Source: an uncultured delta proteobacterium (GTDB lineage: Bacteria; Desulfobacterota; Binatia; Binatales; Binataceae). From it: DNA of 64,000 bases. Position 1 is the first letter of the stretch, and the number at the start of each line of letters is the position of its first letter. The notes beneath the pieces are model-generated. The model was not told the DNA's origin, ran no database searches, and was given only the letters and a program-made list of their open reading frames with translations. The translations under genes were made by a program, and so were the position numbers. The stretch spans positions 1,184,001-1,248,000 of the forward strand of contig CAWJET010000002.1 in NCBI GenBank assembly GCA_963842085.1. The letters run 5' to 3'. Shown here piece after piece: positions 31,045-40,917 of this stretch.

Positions 31045-32064
31045 ATGCGATTCATCGATGAAGCCAGGGTATTCGTGCACGCCGGCAAGGGCGGAGACGG
31101 CGCGATCGCGTTTTTGCGCGAGAAGTACCGGCCATTCGGCGGGCCGGCCGGCGGCAACGGCGGGCGCGGCGGCAGCGTAATCTTCCAGGTCGATGAAGGC
31201 CTGTCCACGCTGCTCGATTTCAAGTACCAGCCGCGTTTGATCGCGAAAGACGGCGAACCCGGCCGCGGCAAGGAACAATACGGGCACGGCGCCGACGACG
31301 TCGTGGTGCGCGTGCCGCCCGGCACGATCGTCTTCGACGAGGAAAGCGGAAAGACGCTGGCGGACCTGGTGATGCCGGGTGAGACGGCGGTGATCGCGCA
31401 GGGTGGCGAGGGCGGCCGCGGCAACATGCACTTCGCGTCGTCGACGCGGCGCTCGCCGCGAATCGCGACGCCGGGAACCGCAGGCGAGCAGCGTTGGATC
31501 CGGATCGAGCTGCGGCTGGTCGCGGAGGCCGGGCTGGTAGGACTTCCCAACGCTGGCAAATCGACGCTGCTGACCGCGCTCAGCGCGGCGCGGCCGAAGA
31601 TTGCGCCCTACCCGTTCACGACGCTGGCGCCCAATATCGGCCGCGTGTCCATCTCCGACGCGGAAAGTTTCACGCTGGCGGATATTCCAGGGCTGATCGA
31701 AGGAGCGCATCTCGGGCTTGGGCTCGGGATCCGTTTCCTGCGCCATCTCGCGCGCACGCGCCTTCTGGTTTACGTGCTCGACGTCGCGGAGGATCCCGCA
31801 GACGCGTTCGCGACCGTGCGCGGCGAGATAGCGGCGTTCGATCCCGCGCTGGCGGAGCGGCCGGCGGTCGTCGCGCTCAACAAGACCGATTTGGTCGCCG
31901 CGGCCGGTGTGCAAAAGACCGCGCGCAGGCTGCGCAAGCTCACCGGCCTCGATGTATTCCCGATCTCGGCAGACAAGGGCGAAAACCTGGCGCCGCTGGT
32001 CGCAGCGATCGCGCGAATGCTTCATTCGATGGATCAGCCGGCGCATGTCTCAACTGAACTATAA
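31045..32064 (+). CDS. obgE: GTPase ObgE/CgtA
   Basis: FIDEA, GGPAGGNGGRGG, GLPNAGKS, YPFTT, DIPG, NKTD. Confidence 0.96.
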   Translation: MRFIDEARVFVHAGKGGDGAIAFLREKYRPFGGPAGGNGGRGGSVIFQVDEGLSTLLDFKYQPRLIAKDGEPGRGKEQYGHGADDVVVRVPPGTIVFDEESGKTLADLVMPGETAVIAQGGEGGRGNMHFASSTRRSPRIATPGTAGEQRWIRIELRLVAEAGLVGLPNAGKSTLLTALSAARPKIAPYPFTTLAPNIGRVSISDAESFTLADIPGLIEGAHLGLGLGIRFLRHLARTRLLVYVLDVAEDPADAFATVRGEIAAFDPALAERPAVVALNKTDLVAAAGVQKTARRLRKLTGLDVFPISADKGENLAPLVAAIARMLHSMDQPAHVSTEL

Positions 32065-33190
32065 GGAATCGACGGTCGCGCGCGCGCGGCGAATCGTGAT
32101 CAAGGTCGGCAGCGCCGTGTTGTCCGACGTCGAAGGGCTGCGTGTGGACGTGATCGAGCAGTTAGCGGCGCAGATCGAGTCGGCAGTGGGCGCGGGCCAG
32201 GAAATCGTGATCGTCACGTCGGGCGCGGTGGCTGCGGGGCGCGCGCGCCTGTCGAAACTTCACGGCGCAACGATCGCGGCGCGCCAGGCCGCCGCCGCCA
32301 CCGGGCAAATCGAGCTGATGTCGGCGTGGGCGCGCGCATTCGGCAGCCGCGATCGGAGCGTCGCGCAGATCTTGCTGACCCATCAGGACCTGGCGGAACG
32401 CCGGCGCCGTCAGAATGCAAATCAAACGATTACTGAATTACTCGGCGCGGGCGTGATTCCGATCGTCAACGAGAACGACACGGTCGCGGTCGAGGAAATT
32501 CGGCTCGGCGACAACGACGTGCTGTCATCGCTGGTCGCGAGCCTCGTGCAAGCGCAGCTTCTGATCATTTTGAGCGACGTGGATGGCGTGCTGACCGGCG
32601 ACCCTCGCGAGCGCAGCGACGCGCGGCTGATACCGGTGATCGGCGATCCCGAAGCCGAGATGCGCGGGCTGGTCGCCGAAAACGCCGGTCCGCTCGGGGT
32701 CGGCGGGATGGCGACCAAGTTGAAGGCGGCGCGGCAGGCGGCGCGCGCCGGAATCGCCGTCATAATCGCGCGCGGGCGCGAGGCCGGAATCGTGACCGCG
32801 GCGCTGGACCCGGCGCGCGAGGCAGGCACGCTGATCGTGCCGGCTGGAGTGCGGCTCAAGAGCCGCAAGCATTGGATAGCATTCGCGCTGCGGCCGGCGG
32901 GCTCGCTCGCGGTCGATAAGGGCGCGGCCGACGCGCTCCGCAACCGCGGACGTTCTCTGCTACCGTCGGGCGTGCGCGAAGTTCGCGGAGATTTCGGCGG
33001 CGGCGATTGCGTGAGCCTGCTCGATCCCGATGGCGTCGAGTTCGGGCGCGGGTTGGTGAACTATCCGGCGTCGGACGTGCTGAAAGTGGCTGGCAAGCGT
33101 TCGACTGAGATTCCGGCTCTGCTCGGGTACAAGGTGGCCGACGAGATTATCCATCGCGACAACTTTGTGCTGATCAAGGAAATCGCCTAG
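32045..33190 (+). CDS. proB: Glutamate 5-kinase
   Basis: IKVGSAVL, TSGAVAAG, NENDTV, GDNDVLS, GGMATK, PUA domain ending IIHRDNF. Confidence 0.95.
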   Translation: MSQLNYKESTVARARRIVIKVGSAVLSDVEGLRVDVIEQLAAQIESAVGAGQEIVIVTSGAVAAGRARLSKLHGATIAARQAAAATGQIELMSAWARAFGSRDRSVAQILLTHQDLAERRRRQNANQTITELLGAGVIPIVNENDTVAVEEIRLGDNDVLSSLVASLVQAQLLIILSDVDGVLTGDPRERSDARLIPVIGDPEAEMRGLVAENAGPLGVGGMATKLKAARQAARAGIAVIIARGREAGIVTAALDPAREAGTLIVPAGVRLKSRKHWIAFALRPAGSLAVDKGAADALRNRGRSLLPSGVREVRGDFGGGDCVSLLDPDGVEFGRGLVNYPASDVLKVAGKRSTEIPALLGYKVADEIIHRDNFVLIKEIA

Positions 33191-33209
33191 CGCATGGGGA
33201 AGGGTAAAT

Positions 33210-33278
33210 CACTTAATTCAAGTGTGAACCCCGCCGTGGGTTTCAGCAGGGGTGACCCCTTCACCCAGTATTAGGAAG
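33210..33278. repeat. Dispersed double-hairpin element, copy 2
   Basis: CACTTAAT..AACCC..GGGTTT..GCAGGGGTGACCCCTTCACCCAGTATTAGGAAG between proB and proA. Confidence 0.7.
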
Positions 33279-33328
33279 ATCGGCGCTCAGTTTATTTGAG
33301 TGGGGTCCGGATATATTCTCGAAGTTGG

Positions 33329-34582
33329 ATGACGGTTGAAGCGGATACTATTGCTGCGCTGGGGCGGGCGCGGGCGGCGGCGCCCAAGATGGCGCTGGCG
33401 ACTACGGCGGAGAAAAACGATTTTCTGCGCCGGCTTGCGAGCGCGCTACGCGATTCGCGCGCGGAGATTATTCGGGCTAACGCGATCGACCTCGAGCGCG
33501 CGCGCAAGAGTGGACGGGGCGGAGCCTTCGTCGAGCGGCTGACGCTCAACGACCAGCGAATCGAAGCGATGGCCGCGGGCGTGCTGCAAGTCGAGGCGCT
33601 TGACGATCCGGTCGGCGCCGTAATCGAGAATTGGACGCGGCCCAACGGGCTGAAGATCGAAAAGAGGCGGGTGCCAATCGGCGTGATCGCGATGATTTAC
33701 GAATCGCGCCCCAACGTTACGGTCGATGCGGCGGCGCTGACGCTCAAAGCGGGCAACGCCGTAGTCCTGCGGGGCGGCAGCGAAGCGCTCAGCAGCAACG
33801 GACTTTTGGCGGGATTGATTTCGCGCGCATTGAAAGACGCCGGGCTCGAGCCGGACGCGGCGACATTTATCCGCGACCCGGATCGCGAAGTAATCCAGAT
33901 AATGAAGCGCAGCCGCGACCTGATCGACCTGATAATTCCGCGCGGAGGCAAGTCGTTGAAGGACGCGCTGGAAGGCTCGACGATTCCGCTGCTGCCGCAC
34001 TTCGACGGCAAATGCCATACCTATGTCGATCGGGCGGCGGATCTGAAGATGGCCGAGGAAATTTGCTTGAACGCAAAATGCTCGCGGCCTTCGGTCTGCA
34101 ATTCGATGGAGAAATTGTTGGTGCATCGCGAGGTCGCGCAGAAATTTCTGCCGTCGCTCGCTGCGCGGATGACGGCGGCCGGCGTCGAGATTCGCGGCGA
34201 CGATGCGACCCGAAAAATCGTGCCGGGGGCGCGCGTAGCGACTGACGAAGACTGGGACACGGAATATCTGGACTTGATCCTGGCGGTGAAAATCGTGGAT
34301 TCGGTTGACGAGGCGATCGCGTTTATCGCGCGTCACGGGTCTCATCTGGCGGACGCGATCGTCACCGGCGACGCGGAAACTGCCGCGCGCTTTGAACGCG
34401 AGGTCGATTCGGCTACCGTTTACGTGAATGCCTCGACGCGTTTCACCGACGGTTTCGAATTCGGATTCGGGGCGGAGACCGGAATCTCGACCAACCGGCT
34501 GCACGCGCGCGGGCCGATGGGGCTCAATGAGTTGACTACATATAAGTACGTCCTGCACGGCACCGGGCAAATCCGCGCCTGA
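33329..34582 (+). CDS. proA: Gamma-glutamyl phosphate reductase
   Basis: YESRPNVT, LRGGSEA, IPRGG, CNSME, NASTRFTDG, LHARGPMGL. Confidence 0.95.
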   Translation: MTVEADTIAALGRARAAAPKMALATTAEKNDFLRRLASALRDSRAEIIRANAIDLERARKSGRGGAFVERLTLNDQRIEAMAAGVLQVEALDDPVGAVIENWTRPNGLKIEKRRVPIGVIAMIYESRPNVTVDAAALTLKAGNAVVLRGGSEALSSNGLLAGLISRALKDAGLEPDAATFIRDPDREVIQIMKRSRDLIDLIIPRGGKSLKDALEGSTIPLLPHFDGKCHTYVDRAADLKMAEEICLNAKCSRPSVCNSMEKLLVHREVAQKFLPSLAARMTAAGVEIRGDDATRKIVPGARVATDEDWDTEYLDLILAVKIVDSVDEAIAFIARHGSHLADAIVTGDAETAARFEREVDSATVYVNASTRFTDGFEFGFGAETGISTNRLHARGPMGLNELTTYKYVLHGTGQIRA

Positions 34583-34605
34583 ACGGCGGCGCGAAATCAA
34601 ATCAA

Positions 34606-35244
34606 ATGCGGGTAGGATTGTTCGGCGGCAGTTTCAATCCGATTCACCTCGGGCATCTGCGGGCGGCCGAGGAAGTTCGCGAGGCGCTGCAGCTCGACCT
34701 GGTGTATTTCATTCCGGCCGCGTCGCCGCCGCATAAGGCGGAGGGCGAACTGGCGCCCGCGGAGCATCGGCTGGCGATGGTTCGGCTGGCGACCAAGGGC
34801 AATCGCCATTTCATGTCTTCGGACGTTGAGATTCGGCGCGCCGGACGTTCGTACACGATCGATACGGTGCGCTATTTCCTGGCTACCCTGCGCCAGCCAG
34901 CGACGCTGTACCTGCTGATGGGCGCGGACCAGTTTGCCGAGCTGGAGTCGTGGAAGGAGCCCGAGGAACTGGTGCGCCTGTGCAACTTCGCCGTTCATAC
35001 AAGGTTAACCGAAGGGAAAGAGGGGCCGCCGCGAATATCAGTTGCCGCGCTCAAACGGTTTGGCTACACTCAGGCAGACGACCACTACGTGCATTCGAGC
35101 GGACAAACGCTATCTTTCGTCGAAACCACGTTCCTACCCATTTCAGCGACTGAAATTCGCGGCAAACTGCAACACGGCGAATCGATCCGGTACCTGGTGC
35201 CGATCGACGTCGTCGATTACATCCAGCGCCACGCGCTGTATTGA
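34606..35244 (+). CDS. nadD: Nicotinate-nucleotide adenylyltransferase
   Basis: GGSFNPIHLGH, PPHK, SYTIDT, GADQ, ISATEIR. Confidence 0.95.
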   Translation: MRVGLFGGSFNPIHLGHLRAAEEVREALQLDLVYFIPAASPPHKAEGELAPAEHRLAMVRLATKGNRHFMSSDVEIRRAGRSYTIDTVRYFLATLRQPATLYLLMGADQFAELESWKEPEELVRLCNFAVHTRLTEGKEGPPRISVAALKRFGYTQADDHYVHSSGQTLSFVETTFLPISATEIRGKLQHGESIRYLVPIDVVDYIQRHALY

Positions 35245-35335
35245 GGCTCGCTCTGCTTAAATCTTCGCGTTCATTCCCATCCCGATCGAAACATCCACAG
35301 ACGGCGAACCCGCCGGCCAATCGCGGTCAGATTTC

Positions 35336-35725
35336 TTGACGGCGCTGAAGAAGGCAATCGTCGCGGCCGAAGCGGCGCTGGAAAAAAAGGCCTACGACCT
35401 GGTGGTGCTCCAAGCCGAGCATCTGAAACCGGTGGCGGATTATTTCCTGGTGGCAACCGGGCGCTCCGACGTGCAGGTGCAGGCGATCGCGCGCGGGATA
35501 GAGGAAGCGATGGGCAAGGCGGGACAGCGCGCGCTGGCGGTCGAGGGGCTGCATCATGCTCACTGGGTGGTGCTCGACTACGACGACGTCGTGATCCACC
35601 TGTTCTACGAACCGGCGCGCGAGTTCTACCGGCTCGAGCGCAATTGGATCGACGCGCACGAAGTGATGCTGCCGGAGCCGATTCGCAAACAGGCCGAGGG
35701 CCTGCGTATCCGCGCCAGCGGGTGA
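35336..35725 (+). CDS. rsfS: Ribosome silencing factor
   Basis: KKAYD, ADYFLVATG, WVVLDYDDVVIHLF..REFYRLERNW. Confidence 0.93.
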   Translation: MTALKKAIVAAEAALEKKAYDLVVLQAEHLKPVADYFLVATGRSDVQVQAIARGIEEAMGKAGQRALAVEGLHHAHWVVLDYDDVVIHLFYEPAREFYRLERNWIDAHEVMLPEPIRKQAEGLRIRASG

Positions 35726-35746
35726 GCGCGGGCGCGTGCGGCTTGG

Positions 35747-35986
35747 TCAGATGTCGCGAACTATGTGCGAGATCCAGACCAGGACGACAGCACCGACCGT
35801 GGCGATCAGGATCGCACCGATCGCGCCGTTGGGGCCGGGAACGCCGAGTGACCCGAAGATCCATCCGCCGACGAGGCCTCCGATCAAACCGAGGATGAGG
35901 TCGCCGATCAGTCCGAAACCTGCGCCGCGCACCAGCTTCCCGGCCAGCCAGCCTGCGATGATTCCGACTATGATCCAATACAACAT
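35747..35986 (-). CDS. GlsB/YeaQ/YmgE (transglycosylase-associated) membrane protein
   Basis: WIIVGIIAGWLAG...GFGLIGDLILGLIGGLVGGWIF...ATVGAVVL. Confidence 0.9.
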   Translation of the reverse strand: MLYWIIVGIIAGWLAGKLVRGAGFGLIGDLILGLIGGLVGGWIFGSLGVPGPNGAIGAILIATVGAVVLVWISHIVRDI

Positions 35987-36040
35987 CGTGGGGCCCTCAC
36001 TACGTTGTCGCGATAGCGCTCGAACGACGGAGCGCGACCG

Positions 36041-36160
36041 CTACTTTTTCTGTTCCATCGGAATGCCGCAGCACTTGAGCTGTCCGGAGCCGCCCTTGGT
36101 GACGATAACCTGCGATTTGCAGTTGCTGCAGATGTAAACTTTGCCGAGCTGATTTGCCAT
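36041..36160 (-). CDS. Desulforedoxin-like small metal-binding protein (39 aa, absent from the ORF track)
   Basis: Hand translation MANQLGKVYICSNCKSQVIVTKGGSGQLKCCGIPMEQKK; CxxC-x15-CC; AGGA upstream; paralog at 40918-41061. Confidence 0.85.
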   Translation of the reverse strand: MANQLGKVYICSNCKSQVIVTKGGSGQLKCCGIPMEQKK

Positions 36161-36214
36161 TCGTGGATCCTGATCCTTTCGGACGATTTGCCGCTTAAAA
36201 TTTGCGCCGAAAAT

Positions 36215-37003
36215 TCACGCGCCCCTGAACAGCGGTTTGCGCTTCTCGAGAAAAGCGCGCACGCCTTCGGCGCGGTCGGAAGTCGTTTGTAGCAGGGCGT
36301 ACAGATCCTCCTCAAGCCTGATGCCCTGCTCCAAGGTCATGTCGTAGCCCTTGAGCACGGCGTCCTTGACCAGCCGCGCGGCCAGCGGAGCGCGGCTCAG
36401 GATGGCTTGAGCGACGCGGCCGCCGGTGGCGGCGAGCTCGGCTGGGCTGTCGGCGAGATACGTGACCAGGCCCATGCGCATCGCGTCGCCCGCTTCCAGA
36501 GCCGTCCCGGTCAGCATCAGGCGGAGCGCGTTGCCGGCACCGACGAGGCGCGGGAGGCGCTGGGTTGCGCCGAAATGGGGCATTGCGCCGCGCTTCATTT
36601 GCGTGATGGCAAATCGAGCGGACGAAAGCGCGACCCGAATGTCGGCAGCCATCGCGAGTTCGAGACCTCCATCGAAGGCGTCACCGTTGAGGATGGCGAC
36701 CGTGGGCTTGGAAAGCACGGCGAGCGATTCGACCAGGCGCGGATCGACGGCGGCGTCGAAGCCGAGGCAGAACGCGGAGCCGGCGCCGGTGAGCGCGAGC
36801 ATCCGGGCGGCGTCGTCGTCCTCGACGTGCTCGAACAGCTCGAGCAGGCGGACGGCCATCGCGGGCGTGAGGATGGCGCGCAGGCTGGGAAATCGAAGCG
36901 TCGCGCTGACGCATCCGCCGGCAAAGGCAACGTCGATCGCGCCGGCGGGCGCTTGGCGCGCGGCGCGCCGCGGCCGGGATTTTTTGACGGGGCGCGGCGT
37001 CAG
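36215..37003 (-). CDS. Enoyl-CoA hydratase/isomerase family protein (start uncertain)
   Basis: LTGAGSAFCLG, GGLELAMAADIRVA, GATQRLPRLVG, EGVRAFLEKRKP. Confidence 0.8.
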   Translation of the reverse strand: MTPRPVKKSRPRRAARQAPAGAIDVAFAGGCVSATLRFPSLRAILTPAMAVRLLELFEHVEDDDAARMLALTGAGSAFCLGFDAAVDPRLVESLAVLSKPTVAILNGDAFDGGLELAMAADIRVALSSARFAITQMKRGAMPHFGATQRLPRLVGAGNALRLMLTGTALEAGDAMRMGLVTYLADSPAELAATGGRVAQAILSRAPLAARLVKDAVLKGYDMTLEQGIRLEEDLYALLQTTSDRAEGVRAFLEKRKPLFRGA

Positions 37004-38568
37004 ACGCCTCCGGCGGGAGCGCGCAGATCCTTGCGCAGGATTTTGCCCAGCGGGTTTTTGGGCAGCACGTCGATGAACTCGATGCGCTCGGGACGCTTGA
37101 AGCTGGCCAGGCGCGAGCGGCAGAACTCGGCGAGCTCGGGCTCGGTCACCGAGCTTCCTTCGCGCACAACCACGAAAGCCTTGACGGTCTGCCCCCATTC
37201 GACGGAGGGCACGCCGATGACGGCGCATTCGTCGACGGCGGGATGGCTCATGAGGACGGTTTCGATTTCGGCGGGAGCGATGTTCTCGCCGCCGCGGATA
37301 ATCATGTCGTCCTTGCGGCCGGCGAAGAAGACGTAGCCGTCGTCGTCGAGCCATCCGAGGTCACCGGTCGCGCGCCATCCGTCGGGCAAGCGCGCGTCGT
37401 CGTCGCGGCCGGCGTAGCCTTTCATGATGCGCGGGGTGCGGATGATGATTTCGCCGACCTGGCCGTGCGGGAGGAACTTGCCGTCCTCGTCGCGGACGCG
37501 AATCTCGACGTCGGGCAGCGGTTTGCCGATCGAGTTGAGGCGCTTGAGCTTGAGTTCGACCTGATCGGGCGTGCCTTCGATTCTGTGATCGTCGGGGCCG
37601 AGCACGGTCAGCGACGAGGTTGTTTCGGTCTGGCCGTAGGCGTTCACGAAGCCGACTTTCTTCGGGAACACTTCGATCGCGCGGCGAATCACCTGCACCG
37701 GCATCGCGGCGCCGCCGTAGGCGAGGTTGGTCAGGCTGGAGAGATCGGTTTTGGCGAATGAGGGTTCGTCCATGATCTGCTTCATCATCGTGGGGACGAC
37801 GAGCGCATTCGTGACGCGCTCGCGCTGGACGAGGTCGAGCCACCCCTTCGCTTCGAACTGCGGCATCACGACGATCTTGCGGCCGGTCCAGATGTTGCTC
37901 ATGTACGCCATGGTTCCGGCGATGTGGTAAAACGGCACGCACACCAGCGCGACGCCGCGGTCGGTGCCGTCGGCCATCTCGATAGTGGCGGTCACGTAGG
38001 CGGTGAAGTCGCGAAAGCGCAACTGCACGCCCTTGGGCAGCGAGGTGGTGCCGCTGGTGTACATGAGGATCGAAACGTCCTCATCTTCGACCTCAGCTTC
38101 GGATTCATCGGGGTCGGCCCTGGCTACGAGATCGGCGAGACGCGGCAATCCGCGCGCGCCTTTGCCGAGCGCGACGATTTTGTTCGCGCTTAGCCGCGAC
38201 TGAATTCTGTTGATCAATTCGACATAACGATCGCCGACGAGCAATGCTTTCGCCTGCGCGGTGTTGACCATGTATTCGAGCTCGGCATCCTTGGCGCGAT
38301 AGTTGAGCGGCAGGAAGGTGAGTCCGGCCTTGGCGGCGGCGTAGTAACACTCGATGTAGAGATCGGAGTTGGTGTCGAGCACGGCGATGACGTCGCCATG
38401 CACCAAGCCAAACTGTTTGAAGACCGCGCACAGGCGCGAGATCTGGTCGTTCAGATCCGCATAGGTCAGGCGTCGCGGGCCGAAGACCAGGATTTCCTGG
38501 TCGGGCACGATCGACGATGGGATCGTGACGAAGTTAACCGTGTTCACAGCGGACGAATCCTCCACCAT
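37000..38568 (-). CDS. AMP-dependent acyl-CoA synthetase (ANL superfamily)
   Basis: YTSGTTSLPKG, AYGQTE, TGDLG, GRKDDMIIRGGENI, LPKNPLGKILR. Confidence 0.92.
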   Translation of the reverse strand: MVEDSSAVNTVNFVTIPSSIVPDQEILVFGPRRLTYADLNDQISRLCAVFKQFGLVHGDVIAVLDTNSDLYIECYYAAAKAGLTFLPLNYRAKDAELEYMVNTAQAKALLVGDRYVELINRIQSRLSANKIVALGKGARGLPRLADLVARADPDESEAEVEDEDVSILMYTSGTTSLPKGVQLRFRDFTAYVTATIEMADGTDRGVALVCVPFYHIAGTMAYMSNIWTGRKIVVMPQFEAKGWLDLVQRERVTNALVVPTMMKQIMDEPSFAKTDLSSLTNLAYGGAAMPVQVIRRAIEVFPKKVGFVNAYGQTETTSSLTVLGPDDHRIEGTPDQVELKLKRLNSIGKPLPDVEIRVRDEDGKFLPHGQVGEIIIRTPRIMKGYAGRDDDARLPDGWRATGDLGWLDDDGYVFFAGRKDDMIIRGGENIAPAEIETVLMSHPAVDECAVIGVPSVEWGQTVKAFVVVREGSSVTEPELAEFCRSRLASFKRPERIEFIDVLPKNPLGKILRKDLRAPAGGV

Positions 38569-38574
38569 AGCAAA

Positions 38575-39306
38575 TCAGATTTTGGCGAGCCGCTTCCAGA
38601 GCCGGCGTTCGAGTTCGAGTCCCTGTCGTAGCGGCATATCGAGGCCTCCCCAGACCGCCAGCTTTAGCATCGCGGCCTGCTCGCCGGTGACACGGCCAAA
38701 GGCGCGGGCGAGCGCGAGCGCGCGACCGTCCAAGTCCGCCAAGGGCACAACTTCGGCGACCAAACCTATAAGTAACGCGTCTTGGGCGTCAATCCAACGG
38801 CCGGTGAGGCAAAGGTCCAGCGCCCGGCCGAGGCCGAGGCGGCGCGCGGCGGTTTGCGTGCCGGCGACGCCGGGAATCATGCCGGCGCCGGTCTCGGGCA
38901 GGGACAGGCGCGTGTCGGCGGCGGCGATCGCGAGGTCGCAAAGAAGGGCCATCTCGAGACCGCCGCCGACGGTGTAGCCGTGGATGGCCGCGATGGTCGG
39001 GATGGGCAGCGCGCGGAGCATCCCCCACACGTCGCGGCGAAAGCGGACCCATCGCGCGACAATCGGCGACGGCGCCATCCCGAATTCGGCGAGGTCGCCG
39101 CCGGTTGAGAAAGCCTGGCCGGCGCCCCGCAGGACCATCGCGCGAACCTCGCGATCGTCGTGGATCGCAGCGAGGATCTGAAACAGATCGTCGCGCATCG
39201 CCATGTTGTAGGCGTTGAATTGCGCGGGGCGATTGAGCGTAACCCACGCGACCGGACCGCGCTTGGCGTAGAGAACCGCGCTCGAACCGTTCGTTTTCGA
39301 CGGCAT
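38575..39306 (-). CDS. Enoyl-CoA hydratase/isomerase family protein
   Basis: TLNRP..NA, AFSTGGDL, GGGLEMALLCD, LPETGAGMIPG. Confidence 0.9.
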   Translation of the reverse strand: MPSKTNGSSAVLYAKRGPVAWVTLNRPAQFNAYNMAMRDDLFQILAAIHDDREVRAMVLRGAGQAFSTGGDLAEFGMAPSPIVARWVRFRRDVWGMLRALPIPTIAAIHGYTVGGGLEMALLCDLAIAAADTRLSLPETGAGMIPGVAGTQTAARRLGLGRALDLCLTGRWIDAQDALLIGLVAEVVPLADLDGRALALARAFGRVTGEQAAMLKLAVWGGLDMPLRQGLELERRLWKRLAKI

Positions 39307-40865
39307 CAGGTGGAGCGCAGGTCGGCGCTGTCGCTGCTGGCGATGGCGGGACGGCCGCGCTCGTAAACCACGCGGCCGCCGACGATTGTGAGATCGACGG
39401 TGAGGTTCATCAATTCGGCGGGCGTGAGCGCGAACGGGTCGCGCGGCATCACGATAAGATCGGCCAGACGGTCGGGCTCGACGGCGCCGGCGTTGAGGCG
39501 GGCAAGGCGCGCGGCGTCGGAGGTGAAGAGCGCGAAGGCGTCCTGCACGGGGAGCGCTTCGGCGGGCGCGAGTTCAACGCCGTCGATAGTAGCGCGGGAT
39601 ACGGCGGCCACAATCGCGGCGAGCGGCCTGGCAGGTGTGACGGGAGCGTCGGTAGCGCCGACCAGGTGAACATTGGCGTCCTTGAGACTGCGCGCGCGGT
39701 AGAGATGAGCGATGAGGCCGGGCTCGGCGGCGTACTTGGGCCCGCGAAAATAGATGAAGCCGGGGTTGGTGACGACCCACACACCGAGCGCCACGAGCCG
39801 GTCGATGTAGTTGGGCGTGATGAGACCGCCGTGCTCGATGCGAAACCGCGGCATCTCGTGCGCGCCGGCGAATCGCGACTTGGCGGATTCGATCGCGGCG
39901 ACGGCCTCTTCCAATTCTTCGAGTTCGGTCACGTGAAAGGCGCAATCGAGTCCCAGGTCGAGCGCGCGGAGGACAGGGCGAGAGAGTCCGGCCGCGTCGT
40001 ACTGGTAGCCGGGCATGAACTTGGCGGCGGCCAGACTGATTCCGGCGGCGCGGGCAAGCTGCTCGCATCGATCGGCGTTGTCGAGATGCTGACCGCCGAT
40101 CATCACGCCGACGCGCTGGCAAATCGCGCCCGAACCCGCGAGCCTGGCCAGCTGTTCGACCTCGACCGGTCCGTTGCGCGCGGTGGCGTCGGTGAACGTC
40201 GTGACTCCGGCGGCGGCCAGTTCGCGGCTCATGATGCGCGCGCGTGATTCCGCTTCCGCGGCGGTCACCAGCGGGAGATGATCCGACAGCCACGTTTCCA
40301 TCCCGACGACGAGGCCGGTGAGCTTGCCGGCGGCGTCGCGAATCATGTTGGCGCCGGGGGGAGGAGTGAAGTCGGGAGCCTCGAGGCCCAGCAGCGCGAT
40401 CGCGCGCGAATTGAGCCAGGTCGCGTGCAGCGTCTGATGGCGCAGGCGGATCGGATTCTTGGGCAGCGAGTGATCGAGCTCGGCGCGCGTGGGCCCGCGC
40501 TTTTCGAGCATGAGCGCTTCATCGCATCCGAAGGCGCGCAGCCAGTTACCGGGCGGCGTCTTGCCGGCGGCAAGCCGCAGGTCGCCGAGCAGATCGCCGA
40601 CAGTGCGGCATCGCTGGACGGAGATCCCGGTGGCAGCCGCAGCAGCCTCGCGGAAATGGAGGTGCGAATCGATGAAGCCGGGCGCGAGGGTGCGTCCCGC
40701 GAGCTTGATCAGATGAGTTCGCGGACCGACCAGCGGTTTCAGCTGCGCGAAGGGTCCGTGCGCGGCGATCAACCCGCGCGAGATGGCAACCGAGTCGCTG
40801 CCGGGATGGCCGAGAACGAGACCCTCGTGCAGAACCAGGTCGGCTTTCCCGGGCGCAGCTTCCAT
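39306..40865 (-). CDS. Amidohydrolase family 3 (YtcJ-like) metallohydrolase
   Basis: PGFIDSHLH, HATWLNSRA, RIEHG, TDAPV, GAVEPDRLADL. Confidence 0.88.
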   Translation of the reverse strand: MEAAPGKADLVLHEGLVLGHPGSDSVAISRGLIAAHGPFAQLKPLVGPRTHLIKLAGRTLAPGFIDSHLHFREAAAAATGISVQRCRTVGDLLGDLRLAAGKTPPGNWLRAFGCDEALMLEKRGPTRAELDHSLPKNPIRLRHQTLHATWLNSRAIALLGLEAPDFTPPPGANMIRDAAGKLTGLVVGMETWLSDHLPLVTAAEAESRARIMSRELAAAGVTTFTDATARNGPVEVEQLARLAGSGAICQRVGVMIGGQHLDNADRCEQLARAAGISLAAAKFMPGYQYDAAGLSRPVLRALDLGLDCAFHVTELEELEEAVAAIESAKSRFAGAHEMPRFRIEHGGLITPNYIDRLVALGVWVVTNPGFIYFRGPKYAAEPGLIAHLYRARSLKDANVHLVGATDAPVTPARPLAAIVAAVSRATIDGVELAPAEALPVQDAFALFTSDAARLARLNAGAVEPDRLADLIVMPRDPFALTPAELMNLTVDLTIVGGRVVYERGRPAIASSDSADLRST

Positions 40866-40917
40866 TTTGGAACGTGTGCCTTCGCCGCGCGACCGAGGGC
40901 CGCGGCGTTCGGGGATC

